Sequence record: MN850609.1
Length of the DNA: 64,000 nucleotides
Direction: 5' to 3' (one strand)
Source of the DNA: Escherichia phage dhaeg
Shown: positions 1 through 10,702 of the stretch, piece by piece
How positions within the stretch are numbered: position 1 is the stretch's first letter
How the letters are laid out: each line of letters begins with the position of its first letter
Notes under the pieces: generated by a model
Seen by the model: the letters and a program-made list of their open reading frames with translations, nothing else
Told to the model about the DNA's origin: nothing
Databases searched by the model: none
Translations under genes and position numbers: made by a program

Positions 1-30
1 TGCTTCGGCGATCAGTTGTTCTTTAAGCAT
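1..30 (-). CDS. 22: prohead scaffolding core protein gp22, first 10 codons only (gene continues upstream of window)
   Basis: Reverse complement of 1-30 reads ATG CTT AAA GAA CAA CTG ATC GCC GAA GCA = MLKEQLIAEA, the N-terminus I recall for T4 gp22; lies downstream of gene 21 as in T4. Confidence 0.85.
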   Translation of the reverse strand, partial: MLKEQLIAEA

Positions 31-57
31 TTTGTAGTCCTGTTGTTTAGATAATAA

Positions 58-65
58 TATTTATA
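58..65 (-). promoter_or_regulatory. T4-type late promoter TATAAATA upstream of gene 22
   Basis: Plus strand TATTTATA = TATAAATA on minus strand, about 28 nt upstream of the gene 22 ATG. Confidence 0.6.
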
Positions 66-696
66 ACGCTTTTTTCATGGCCTCTGCGAGAGCCATAAAG
101 GCGTCATCGGCACTGGTATCGGTATCTACCGTTTGTGATTCTGTAATTTGTTTAGGAGTTACATAAGCATCAGGAGCAGATGGACCCCATACTGCATCAA
201 CACCGACGGTTAATTTATAACCTTCGTTTACACGCTTATATCCTTTATTGGTTTCAGTTAAAGAACCTAGACCACGAGAACTAACACCAGGCACCCAACC
301 GGCTCTAATATTAGCAGCTAGTTTATCACCAGGACCATGGTCGCCTTCAATAATACGAGCACGTCCATAAACGTCATTACCTTTCCACCACATATCTTCA
401 ATAATAATAGCGGCTTGCATAGGGTCGACGTTAGCACGAGGCGGATGATTTAATTCTCCTAAAGCTTGTTTAGTAGCAACCTGTTCTGCCATATAATCAG
501 CAACAGCTTTTTCCAAAATAGGTTTTGGATAAAGGCGTTTATTACGGTTAACCACTTCGGCTTGCATGAATATGCCTTCTATATAAAGGCCCGGGGCAAG
601 TCCAGAATCTTTTCCATCATGAGATTCCAACATCGGAACCCCATCGATAATTTCACCTGGTTGTCCCCAATGTTCGATGAGCAATTCAGGTTTCAT
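61..696 (-). CDS. 21: prohead core protease gp21
   Basis: 211 aa; LIEHWGQPGEIIDGVPMLESHDGKD...GELNHPPRANVDPMQAA nearly identical to recalled T4 gp21 (212 aa); synteny. Confidence 0.95.
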   Translation of the reverse strand: MKPELLIEHWGQPGEIIDGVPMLESHDGKDSGLAPGLYIEGIFMQAEVVNRNKRLYPKPILEKAVADYMAEQVATKQALGELNHPPRANVDPMQAAIIIEDMWWKGNDVYGRARIIEGDHGPGDKLAANIRAGWVPGVSSRGLGSLTETNKGYKRVNEGYKLTVGVDAVWGPSAPDAYVTPKQITESQTVDTDTSADDAFMALAEAMKKAL

Positions 697-1124
697 TAGT
701 TAAGTCCAAAGGCTTTACGTTTAGAACGAGCTTTCTTACGCTTACGTTCAGCACGTACTTGAGTAGACGGGTTAGCACGTTTGGTTTTAGACGCTTTGCG
801 AGCAATCTGACGGCGTTTTGCTTTAGACAACCCAGTCGTTTGATAAGCGTTGCGTTGACGGGTTTTAATATCTTTAGTACGAGTAAGCTCACCTTTAGAA
901 GAGACGTGCTTAACGATAAATTCGTTAAGAGCCATATTTTCATTCAAAGAGGCAATGGCGATAGCTGTATCGATATCACCATCAGCAATCATGTTCTCTA
1001 CAAGATTATTTATATCGCTTTTCTCGAGGGCTTCAGAAAGAGTAGCAAAACGTCCCTGTGCTTCTGGAATTTTGGCCTCTACGCTTTCTAGAGTTAATTC
1101 GTAATCATCAGGGATAAGGAACAT
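696..1124 (-). CDS. 68: prohead core protein gp68
   Basis: 142 aa, basic C-terminus, ATGA-coupled between 67 and 21 as in T4 (gp68 about 141 aa). Confidence 0.85.
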   Translation of the reverse strand: MFLIPDDYELTLESVEAKIPEAQGRFATLSEALEKSDINNLVENMIADGDIDTAIAIASLNENMALNEFIVKHVSSKGELTRTKDIKTRQRNAYQTTGLSKAKRRQIARKASKTKRANPSTQVRAERKRKKARSKRKAFGLN

Positions 1125-1402
1125 TATTCGTCGTCCTCGTCTTCATCATCATCGCCGTCATCACCTTCATCCGCATCGTCAGATTCTTTTTTGTCTTTCT
1201 TATCTGCTTTATCGGATTTTTCGTCTTTATCTTCGTCTTCGTCATCTTCGTCGGCTTCTTCGCCTTCAATCATAACGGAGCGAGCAATTTCTGCTTTACG
1301 GGCTTCAATCAAAGCGGCTACTCGAGATTCGATAAGCGGGGCTGCTGCTTTACGAACTGCTACGAGGTCGTTTGATTTAATAGCTTCGATTAAATCTTCC
1401 AT
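1124..1402 (-). CDS. 67: prohead core protein gp67 (acidic)
   Basis: 92 aa with a long D/E/K low-complexity tail; position between 20 and 68. Confidence 0.8.
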   Translation of the reverse strand: MEDLIEAIKSNDLVAVRKAAAPLIESRVAALIEARKAEIARSVMIEGEEADEDDEDEDKDEKSDKADKKDKKESDDADEGDDGDDDEDEDDE

Positions 1403-2976
1403 TAGAAATCCTCTTCTTCTTCATCTGGGTTTTGGAAACGAGCCTCTTTAGACTCTTCTTCAATTTGCTTAGCTTCTTGATTAATTTCTTCGTCAGTCAT
1501 CTGAAGGAAATCTTTCATAGCCGTTTGATGTGAAATATACTTACCAATAAATGGTTCAGCCATCGTTAGCATATTGATTCTGCGTTCCATGATTTCCGCA
1601 TCTTTCATTTCACTGAAATAGCTATCACGATTGAACGTAACTTTAATATTATTTATTTCCTTTTCCCACTCATCTTCTGTAATAATCTTTTTAAGAATGA
1701 GGTTTGTTTTTAACGGGTCTAGGAAAATTTCTTCAAATTTGTTTTGTAGCTGGCGAATCCATTTAGCAAATTTCAACTCATCACGAGTGATTGCTGTACC
1801 GGCATCAAACATAACGCCTGAATTAGATTCACTAGGGATACGTGACTCTGGAATACGCAGTGCACGATAAAGTGCTGTGCGGAAATAAAGAACATCATCC
1901 ATATCACTCATACCAGTAGCACCTGGCATTGTATCAACTTCTGTTACCGCTTTACCGTCACGACGTTGCAACCAATAGTCTTCAGTCATAGACATATTAT
2001 GTTGTTGGTTTTTAATTTTACCTGTCGAAGCATCATACACCACACGGTTTTTCATCGTGTTCATGATATGTTGCATTTGTGCTGCAGCCTTACGTGAAGG
2101 CATATTACCTGTATCGATATAAAACACACGACGGTCAGGAGCACGTGTAATACGGTAGATGACCATTGCGTCTTCCATCAATTTAAGCTGGTTTGCAGGC
2201 TTAATAGCACGTTGCAAATAGCCAATGATGTTTTTACCGCAACAATCTAATAATCCGGAATGTGCATAAACTACGGCAGCACGAGGAATTTTAACTTTAG
2301 TCCCGGCTGAATAAATGCGTCCATCAGCGCAATAACTTTCATGGCCTGTGTCGTAAACGAAAAACTCGCGATACCCGTCTACAATTTTAACGCCGTCTTC
2401 CATACGTGTAACGATTTCACGAATATATTGGACTTGGCGCGGGTCTAAGCGTCGAAGCTCTTGTACGCCATCTTTCATTTTTTTAGGGTTTATAATTTTA
2501 TGAAAGAATATTCTCGAGTCTACATACCAACGTTGGAAATGGTCAGTGCCTTTACGTTGGAAATTTAAAAGGTTTAAAACTTCACTAAATTCAGCCAAAA
2601 TTTTATCTTTAATTGATTGACTAAATTCCGTGCCGTCTAAATTCAATGCAACTACTTCTTTATCATCCTCGTAGACAATAGCGTCAGACACAATTTCTTG
2701 AACGGCATTGTCGACTTCATAGTTGTTCATCAAATTACGGTAGGTATCAATGAGTTCCCTGGTGTTTTTAACTTCAGGCTCATTACTACCAAACATTTGT
2801 TGCATAAGAGCATTATAAGGAATATTTTGCTCTTGGGTTTCAATTTCGCGAGCGCCATCATCAAGCTTAGGTGCAGTGACAGACTCTAAATTGTTATTTA
2901 ATTGTTGTTTATATTCTTTTTCGTCTTCATTAGCCCATGGCTTAAGAAAACTTAATATTGTATTAAAGTTTGCCAT
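1402..2976 (-). CDS. 20: portal vertex protein gp20
   Basis: 524 aa (same as T4 gp20); synteny 19-20-67. Confidence 0.95.
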   Translation of the reverse strand: MANFNTILSFLKPWANEDEKEYKQQLNNNLESVTAPKLDDGAREIETQEQNIPYNALMQQMFGSNEPEVKNTRELIDTYRNLMNNYEVDNAVQEIVSDAIVYEDDKEVVALNLDGTEFSQSIKDKILAEFSEVLNLLNFQRKGTDHFQRWYVDSRIFFHKIINPKKMKDGVQELRRLDPRQVQYIREIVTRMEDGVKIVDGYREFFVYDTGHESYCADGRIYSAGTKVKIPRAAVVYAHSGLLDCCGKNIIGYLQRAIKPANQLKLMEDAMVIYRITRAPDRRVFYIDTGNMPSRKAAAQMQHIMNTMKNRVVYDASTGKIKNQQHNMSMTEDYWLQRRDGKAVTEVDTMPGATGMSDMDDVLYFRTALYRALRIPESRIPSESNSGVMFDAGTAITRDELKFAKWIRQLQNKFEEIFLDPLKTNLILKKIITEDEWEKEINNIKVTFNRDSYFSEMKDAEIMERRINMLTMAEPFIGKYISHQTAMKDFLQMTDEEINQEAKQIEEESKEARFQNPDEEEEDF

Positions 2977-2998
2977 TAGAGTCTCCGATGAATGGGAT

Positions 2999-3016
2999 AA
3001 GGAGCCGAAGCTCCTT
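2999..3016 (-). promoter_or_regulatory. stem-loop AAGGAGC-CGAA-GCTCCTT in the 19-20 intergenic / gene 20 leader
   Basis: Perfect 7-bp inverted repeat with a 4-nt loop, no U-run afterwards; sits between the late promoter (3025-3032) and the gene 20 SD. Confidence 0.4.
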
Positions 3017-3024
3017 TATAATTC

Positions 3025-3032
3025 TATTTATA
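3025..3032 (-). promoter_or_regulatory. late promoter TATAAATA upstream of gene 20
   Basis: TATTTATA on plus strand, directly after the gene 19 stop. Confidence 0.6.
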
Positions 3033-3033
3033 C

Positions 3034-3525
3034 TCATTCCCACCAATCGATAGCGAACGTAGATTCGAAAGTTTCTACCTCGTTGTTTGAATCCCAATCC
3101 ATCTGGACTTCACCAACGTTAGTAGGCCATAAGCCATAAATTGTAACTTCTTTAGTCACAGTCTTACCATCACGGTGGAACTGTCGAACAATTGCTTGTT
3201 TCTTATATTCTGCAGGTGCAGCACCGGTAATTTCATTGGTCATACCGTGGCAGAGGTTTTGCCAATCGACAATTGCCTGACGGGTGTCATGGGCATCATC
3301 GTTATAAATGGTAATAGTCCAATCATCAAACGTACGGTCGCCAGCTACGTTAATTTTACGGTTCATGTAGCCAACCGGTACTTTTTCTACAATGCCTGCC
3401 GGCATAGGTGCTGCTTTACATTTAAAGCTAAAGTTTTTACCAAGAAATGGAATTTCCACTTCGAAAAGGTTAGGGCGTGCAAAGTCACCTGACTCAAACG
3501 CACGAGTGATATCTGTCAACTCCAT
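3034..3525 (-). CDS. 19: tail tube protein gp19
   Basis: Second ATG chosen (GAGG SD 7 nt upstream); gives 163 aa as in T4; ...TRAFESGDFARPNLF... matches recalled T4 gp19. Confidence 0.93.
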   Translation of the reverse strand: MELTDITRAFESGDFARPNLFEVEIPFLGKNFSFKCKAAPMPAGIVEKVPVGYMNRKINVAGDRTFDDWTITIYNDDAHDTRQAIVDWQNLCHGMTNEITGAAPAEYKKQAIVRQFHRDGKTVTKEVTIYGLWPTNVGEVQMDWDSNNEVETFESTFAIDWWE

Positions 3526-3543
3526 GGGATGCCTCATAAGTCA

Positions 3544-3564
3544 GTTCCTGGCCACACCAGGAAC
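3544..3564 (-). promoter_or_regulatory. 8-bp hairpin GTTCCTGG-CCACA-CCAGGAAC in the gene 19 leader
   Basis: Perfect inverted repeat between the late promoter at 3578-3585 and the gene 19 start. Confidence 0.4.
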
Positions 3565-3577
3565 GTTCTGATTAATT

Positions 3578-3585
3578 TATTTATA
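3578..3585 (-). promoter_or_regulatory. late promoter TATAAATA upstream of gene 19
   Basis: TATTTATA on plus strand in the 173-bp 18-19 spacer. Confidence 0.6.
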
Positions 3586-3620
3586 ACAGTTGATAAATCA
3601 TATTCCTGATAGTTAATCAA

Positions 3621-3710
3621 TCCCAGGCGCAATTCTACGTGATGTACGCTGTAACCAAACCCATGGTATAATGGTTTTAGGTTCTTTATATTACAGCCTG
3701 GGATAATAGA
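3621..3710 (-). repeat. intercistronic palindromic element, copy A (directly after gene 18 stop)
   Basis: mRNA-sense sequence TAA-TCTATTATCCCAGGC...GCGCCTGGGA; arms 3621-3628 / 3696-3703; same start and core as copy B at 28287-28347. Confidence 0.7.
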
Positions 3711-5693
3711 TTATACTAAAGGTCCAATCAATTCATCAAAATCAGCACCAGTGCTCGTTGCAACGAAGTTCAACGTGATGTAGTTAATAGAACGAGAAGG
3801 TTTTACGTATATATTAGCAATAAACTCGTTACGGTCGATAACCGCAGGGGTGTTCACTGTAGTATCACAAACCACACGTCCTTCATAAATCCCACCAAGT
3901 GCCTTAATACCATCTAAGTACTGAGAAACTTCCATACGGAAGCTTGAACGAGTGAAGTTATCGTTCAATTCAAACAGTTTATATTTAGAGGCATCACCGA
4001 TATTTTTCTTAAGCATGTTGAACAGACGGCGAACGTTAATGTGGTCCATCGGAGATGGAACTTTAGTTGCAGTCTTATCACCAAACAATACGAAACCATC
4101 ACCACCAGCAAAACCAACAACTGGGTTAATAGCTTCCTGGTACATGCGGTCGCGTTGTGCTTGGCGTGGTTCAATTGCCAATTTCAGAACGTTAAGAATC
4201 TGACCACGGTTATAACCAGCAGGAGACATCCAAGGCTGAGACACATCATCAGTACGTGCACACAAACCAGCCATATCAGCAGCCAGTGGTACCCAACGGT
4301 TTACGTCATTATATTTGTCATACTGATATTTATAGTTACCATCAATAGCAGCATAAGTGGTACTGATGTTCATGTTGTTGGCATCGAAATTACCAGCACC
4401 GGTACGCCAGTCAATAAGGTTATCTACTGCACGAGTCAGTGGAACGTTAACCAACAGTCCTTTAGGAGGAGAAATAAATGCTAAGCAATCCTGACGTTCA
4501 TCAGCAATACTCACAACGTGTTTCTGAACAGTAGAAGCCACTTCGTCGCCTTCACCAGCAACAGCACCGGCAATAAGCAGGTTAATATGGAGTGCTTCAC
4601 GATCGGCAAACAAATCCCAACCTTGCATCAAATCGCCTGCAGTAACTTTATCGTTAGCAGAAACACCGCCCATCAGATTAATGATACCGCTGAAGCCTTT
4701 AGGCCAGTTCAAAGAGGTAGCAAAAATATAGTTGGAAGTACCTTTAGCGAAATAGTCGTCAAGATAAATGTTATTACCGTAAACGTCTTTTTCACCTTCT
4801 TTGGTAGAAAGTACGACAGATTCTACGATAGCGCCATCGCGACGAACAATAATTGCGTATTGGTCATCTGTTTGCGGTCCGTAATTAAATACTGCCTTGG
4901 CAATAGAAGCACGGGTACCACCGCCAGGATAAATATCCAGCATTTTAGAAGAACCAGCATCATAAGCGGCTTTGGAAACGATTTCTACTTCCAGAGTAGA
5001 ACCAATTTCACCGGGATAAAGAGCCACTACGCCTGGCATAGCAAATTTCTTAAGAGAAGCTTGGAATTCAAGAGAAGTAATAGCTTCTTCACTATTCTCT
5101 GCTTCAGTCAAAAGAATACCGGAATCCGTAACAATTTTACCTACGGTAATAGTACCAGAAACACCGGAAGATGCAGAAGTAACTTCAGCGGTCCAAGCTG
5201 GGCCAAGGGTAGGATACTGGTTTAAAGAACGTGCATAAGCAATAATTTTTGCTGACGGAATAAACACGGAAAGAATTTTACCGTCTGTATCTACAGAAGT
5301 CACACGACCTTCAGATTCGACTACAGTTTGGTTATATTTAATATTGATTTTATCGCCTACTGCATAGTTGGAACCGGCCGTAGTAATAGTGGTCTCAATG
5401 TTACCAGCGATAGGAGATGCGTTTTTAGCAAATTCGCGACTAACAACACGAACTGTGCGAAGGTCATTACCATACTGGAGGAAGTTCATACCAGACATAA
5501 AGTAATCTGCTACTTCGTTATTAGGACCTCCAAATAAATCAACCAGTTCAACTTCATTAGTAATCTGAGTTACCTGGAAAGCAGGGCCCCACTGGAATTT
5601 ACCTACCAGCGCTGCACGACCCGTTGCGTTACGAACGACAGTACTCTGTACGGACGTTTCTTTGAGCTCAATGCCCGGTGATAATAAAGCCAT
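3711..5693 (-). CDS. 18: tail sheath protein gp18
   Basis: 660 aa (T4 659); MALLSPGIELKETSVQSTVV start; synteny. Confidence 0.95.
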   Translation of the reverse strand: MALLSPGIELKETSVQSTVVRNATGRAALVGKFQWGPAFQVTQITNEVELVDLFGGPNNEVADYFMSGMNFLQYGNDLRTVRVVSREFAKNASPIAGNIETTITTAGSNYAVGDKINIKYNQTVVESEGRVTSVDTDGKILSVFIPSAKIIAYARSLNQYPTLGPAWTAEVTSASSGVSGTITVGKIVTDSGILLTEAENSEEAITSLEFQASLKKFAMPGVVALYPGEIGSTLEVEIVSKAAYDAGSSKMLDIYPGGGTRASIAKAVFNYGPQTDDQYAIIVRRDGAIVESVVLSTKEGEKDVYGNNIYLDDYFAKGTSNYIFATSLNWPKGFSGIINLMGGVSANDKVTAGDLMQGWDLFADREALHINLLIAGAVAGEGDEVASTVQKHVVSIADERQDCLAFISPPKGLLVNVPLTRAVDNLIDWRTGAGNFDANNMNISTTYAAIDGNYKYQYDKYNDVNRWVPLAADMAGLCARTDDVSQPWMSPAGYNRGQILNVLKLAIEPRQAQRDRMYQEAINPVVGFAGGDGFVLFGDKTATKVPSPMDHINVRRLFNMLKKNIGDASKYKLFELNDNFTRSSFRMEVSQYLDGIKALGGIYEGRVVCDTTVNTPAVIDRNEFIANIYVKPSRSINYITLNFVATSTGADFDELIGPLV

Positions 5694-5722
5694 TTTGAAT
5701 CCTCTTGGTTATGCTTTATTGT

Positions 5723-8032
<2,310 letters not shown>

Positions 8033-8036
<4 letters not shown>

Positions 8037-8902
8037 GGGTTTCTCCTTGGTGCTGGAGGCTCTGGTTCAACAGGCACCGGAATATCTTGTGAATACGTTT
8101 GAATGGACTTACCATCCCATTCTTTTTCTTCTACGCCTCTAGGAACTACTTCGCTATCAACCGATTCAAAATTACCTTCAGGAGCGAGTTCTTTAGAGTT
8201 GGCAAAGAAATCAAGATAAATGGTTTTGATTTCGCCTTCCATTTCTTTAACAGGAGGATATAGCCATCCGTTAACCTCAAACATCATAGACCATTCTAAG
8301 CGACGACGTGAAGTGGTATCACCTTCTAATTGTTCGTCCATTGCTATAGATTGGAACACAATACGAATATCACGGTCAAATTTAATTTCGTTTGTATAGA
8401 GTTCGGTAATTGTTGTATTAAAGTGAGGTTGGAAATACGGCATAATTTGTTCCACAATCTGGAACATATCATCTTGAGTTCTAGTGTAAATACCCAGTTC
8501 AAAAATCATTTTTACTGGAGTAGGAGAATATTGGCTGACTCGTTTCCGAGGGTCTCCATTCTCAAATTGAATTTGTGTTCTATTTTGAAGAGCCGTTTTG
8601 TATTGTGAGTTATAAAGCATGTCAACCATTTGGAGGTTCATACGTGGAAGAACAGTTTCCACTTTAGCTTTTTGTTCAGCCCTTTCTTTTGGGGACATAT
8701 TAGGATTTGGGATATTTTGAACTGCGGTCCACTTACCTAAATTAGCCATAAATCTTTCTTTAGAAGCATACGTAATAGGAACCTTAATAAATTTAAGCCC
8801 TGTATCTTCTCTTTGACGTGCTACTTGAACATGGGAAAATAAATCACCCATCAAAACAATATAGCGACGTAGCGAACTATTATACCAATGTCCAAACATC
8901 AA
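8033..8902 (-). CDS. 15: tail sheath stabiliser / tail terminator gp15
   Basis: 289 aa; ...YNSS.RRY..LMGDLFS...VPITYASKE... matches recalled T4 gp15. Confidence 0.92.
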
Positions 8903-8912
8903 ACCTCCTAAA

Positions 8913-8931
8913 ATGGCGCATAGTGCGCCAT
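8913..8931 (-). promoter_or_regulatory. hairpin ATGGCGCA-TAG-TGCGCCAT between genes 14 and 15
   Basis: Perfect 8-bp palindromic stem in the 36-bp spacer. Confidence 0.35.
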
Positions 8932-8938
8932 GTATTAT

Positions 8939-9712
8939 TTAATCATCTAAAAAAGCATCATCAAATGCTGTAGGAGGAGCATCTTCTCCTCTACCATTAA
9001 TCACCACATAAGGATGTACGAATTCCGCTGCTTCAGCATTAATCTCATTAACCTCTTCATATTGGATATCAGAGATATCAGCCAACCCGTCGATATTTTT
9101 AACAGGCATTAAATCAAGCTCACTGAATTCAGGAATATTAATACCTTCATTTCTCTGTAATTCAGGACGAAGTTCTTCACCATTATAAATGAACTTGGTA
9201 GCAGTAATACGACGCTGGACGTTTGTACCAACTTGATAGAACGGGTCGTAAGGTTGAACCCAATTAATTTCAAATAGACTGTTGTCCATAGGGAAATAAA
9301 TCAAGTCACCTGAAACAGGTTCAGTACCATTGCATTGATGTTTAAAAAGGTTAGGGTTAATTGTGATTGTTACTTCATCATTAACCATCATACCGAACTT
9401 ACTGAAATAAGTATTGTCACCGGAATAACCTTCAAAGGAATCTAAATAACCTGCAAACTTCCAGGCTTTAGTAAATTTGTTCTGAAGGTCTTCGCCAAAT
9501 AGCTGGTCTGGTTTAACATATTCACGTGGTATATAATAAAGCTCGATACCACGCATTTGAATAGACTCAGCAACTAAAGCATCAGCCAATGTTTGGGTGT
9601 TCTCATGGCGATAAAAGTTGACGAATGGGTTCATTATTTCAGTTTCGTTCGTGTTAGCATAGCCAGTATTATCTTCTAGCTTAGCGAATAAACTCGAATC
9701 GAAAGTAGCCAT
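8939..9712 (-). CDS. 14: neck protein gp14
   Basis: 257 aa; MAT.D..LFAKLE..TGY.QTNETEI.NP... matches recalled T4 gp14. Confidence 0.93.
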   Translation of the reverse strand: MATFDSSLFAKLEDNTGYANTNETEIMNPFVNFYRHENTQTLADALVAESIQMRGIELYYIPREYVKPDQLFGEDLQNKFTKAWKFAGYLDSFEGYSGDNTYFSKFGMMVNDEVTITINPNLFKHQCNGTEPVSGDLIYFPMDNSLFEINWVQPYDPFYQVGTNVQRRITATKFIYNGEELRPELQRNEGINIPEFSELDLMPVKNIDGLADISDIQYEEVNEINAEAAEFVHPYVVINGRGEDAPPTAFDDAFLDD

Positions 9713-9714
9713 AA

Positions 9715-10647
9715 TTATCCAATTAAAATAGGTGTTGGTGGGTCGAGCAAATCTAATTCTTCACGAAGACGTTCTTTTTCTAAACGAGCCTCTTCAATCA
9801 ATCGAATACCATCTACAGTGGTTCCACCTGCAAGTTGCATGCCTTGGTGTTTGGCTAGAATATTGCCATTGACTTCTTTAACCAATGCAGTGGCATAATC
9901 TTTAACCCAACGGTTATTATATGCACCGTCCTGAAGGCCGAGGTCCTCGCCTACGCGCATACCGGAAATACGACGAGATGGGTTATCCCAAATAGCACCT
10001 GGGCTCCATTCGTTTTCACCACAGGCCGAAGCATAACCATAGCCTACGGTATTTCCAACCATAGAATCAACCCCATTAAAAGAACGAGTATAAACTTCGA
10101 TTACAATAAAATCGCCTTTAACAAAGTTACCCATTACCTTCAATTGTTCAGTGGCATCGTTATACCAATAATCTGGTAGTGGAACCAAAAGGTCCTGCAT
10201 CATAGAACGATATTGCATTAGCTGCGTAAAATAACCAAGGTCGGCGCCGAAGGCATTAGGTCCGAAACTGTTACATGAAGACCCAAGCCCACCATTAATA
10301 CCAGCTAAGCCTAATACAAAATCTGTAAACCAGGGATAAGTTGCTTGCCCATCCATAGATGTTAAAGAACCAACGTTAGTTCTCAAAATTTGTGTTACTG
10401 CAAATATATTACGTCCTTTAAGGTCGAATACACCATTACGGAATTTTTCTTCATCGTCGTGGCCGATATAAAAAGCCTGATATCCTTTGTTATACCCGTT
10501 ATAATGGTATTCACCGTAGAGCTCTAGAGCACGCTGGATGCAATCATATACTTGGTCTGTAGTTACTTCAATATTTGTAATCGGTGCACCCAGGCGGCGC
10601 AGAATAGCGTCCTTGAGTTGCTTAGGGTTGAATGATTCGCTTGCCAT
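9715..10647 (-). CDS. 13: neck protein gp13
   Basis: 310 aa (T4 309); synteny wac-13-14. Confidence 0.9.
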   Translation of the reverse strand: MASESFNPKQLKDAILRRLGAPITNIEVTTDQVYDCIQRALELYGEYHYNGYNKGYQAFYIGHDDEEKFRNGVFDLKGRNIFAVTQILRTNVGSLTSMDGQATYPWFTDFVLGLAGINGGLGSSCNSFGPNAFGADLGYFTQLMQYRSMMQDLLVPLPDYWYNDATEQLKVMGNFVKGDFIVIEVYTRSFNGVDSMVGNTVGYGYASACGENEWSPGAIWDNPSRRISGMRVGEDLGLQDGAYNNRWVKDYATALVKEVNGNILAKHQGMQLAGGTTVDGIRLIEEARLEKERLREELDLLDPPTPILIG

Positions 10648-10668
10648 ATTTTATTCCTCTAATAACCG

Positions 10669-10676
10669 TATTTATA
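10669..10676 (-). promoter_or_regulatory. late promoter TATAAATA upstream of gene 13
   Basis: TATTTATA on plus strand, about 22 nt upstream of the gene 13 ATG. Confidence 0.6.
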
Positions 10677-10680
10677 GCAA

Positions 10681-10701
10681 AAAAGGGCCGAAGCCCTTTT
10701 T
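10681..10701 (-). terminator. rho-independent terminator after wac (symmetrical A/T flanks)
   Basis: AAAAGGGCC-GAA-GCCCTTTTT. Confidence 0.7.
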
Positions 10702-10702
10702 A

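Noticed and set aside
4518-5225. Long plus-strand ORFs inside the minus-strand late genes. Examples: 4518-5225 (235 aa), 4041-4484, 13098-13568, 11055-11495, 11694-12062, 18360-18707, 19381-19746.
   Set aside because: They are antisense to genes with unambiguous T4 homology, lack SD sequences and have odd composition. They are typical shadow ORFs.
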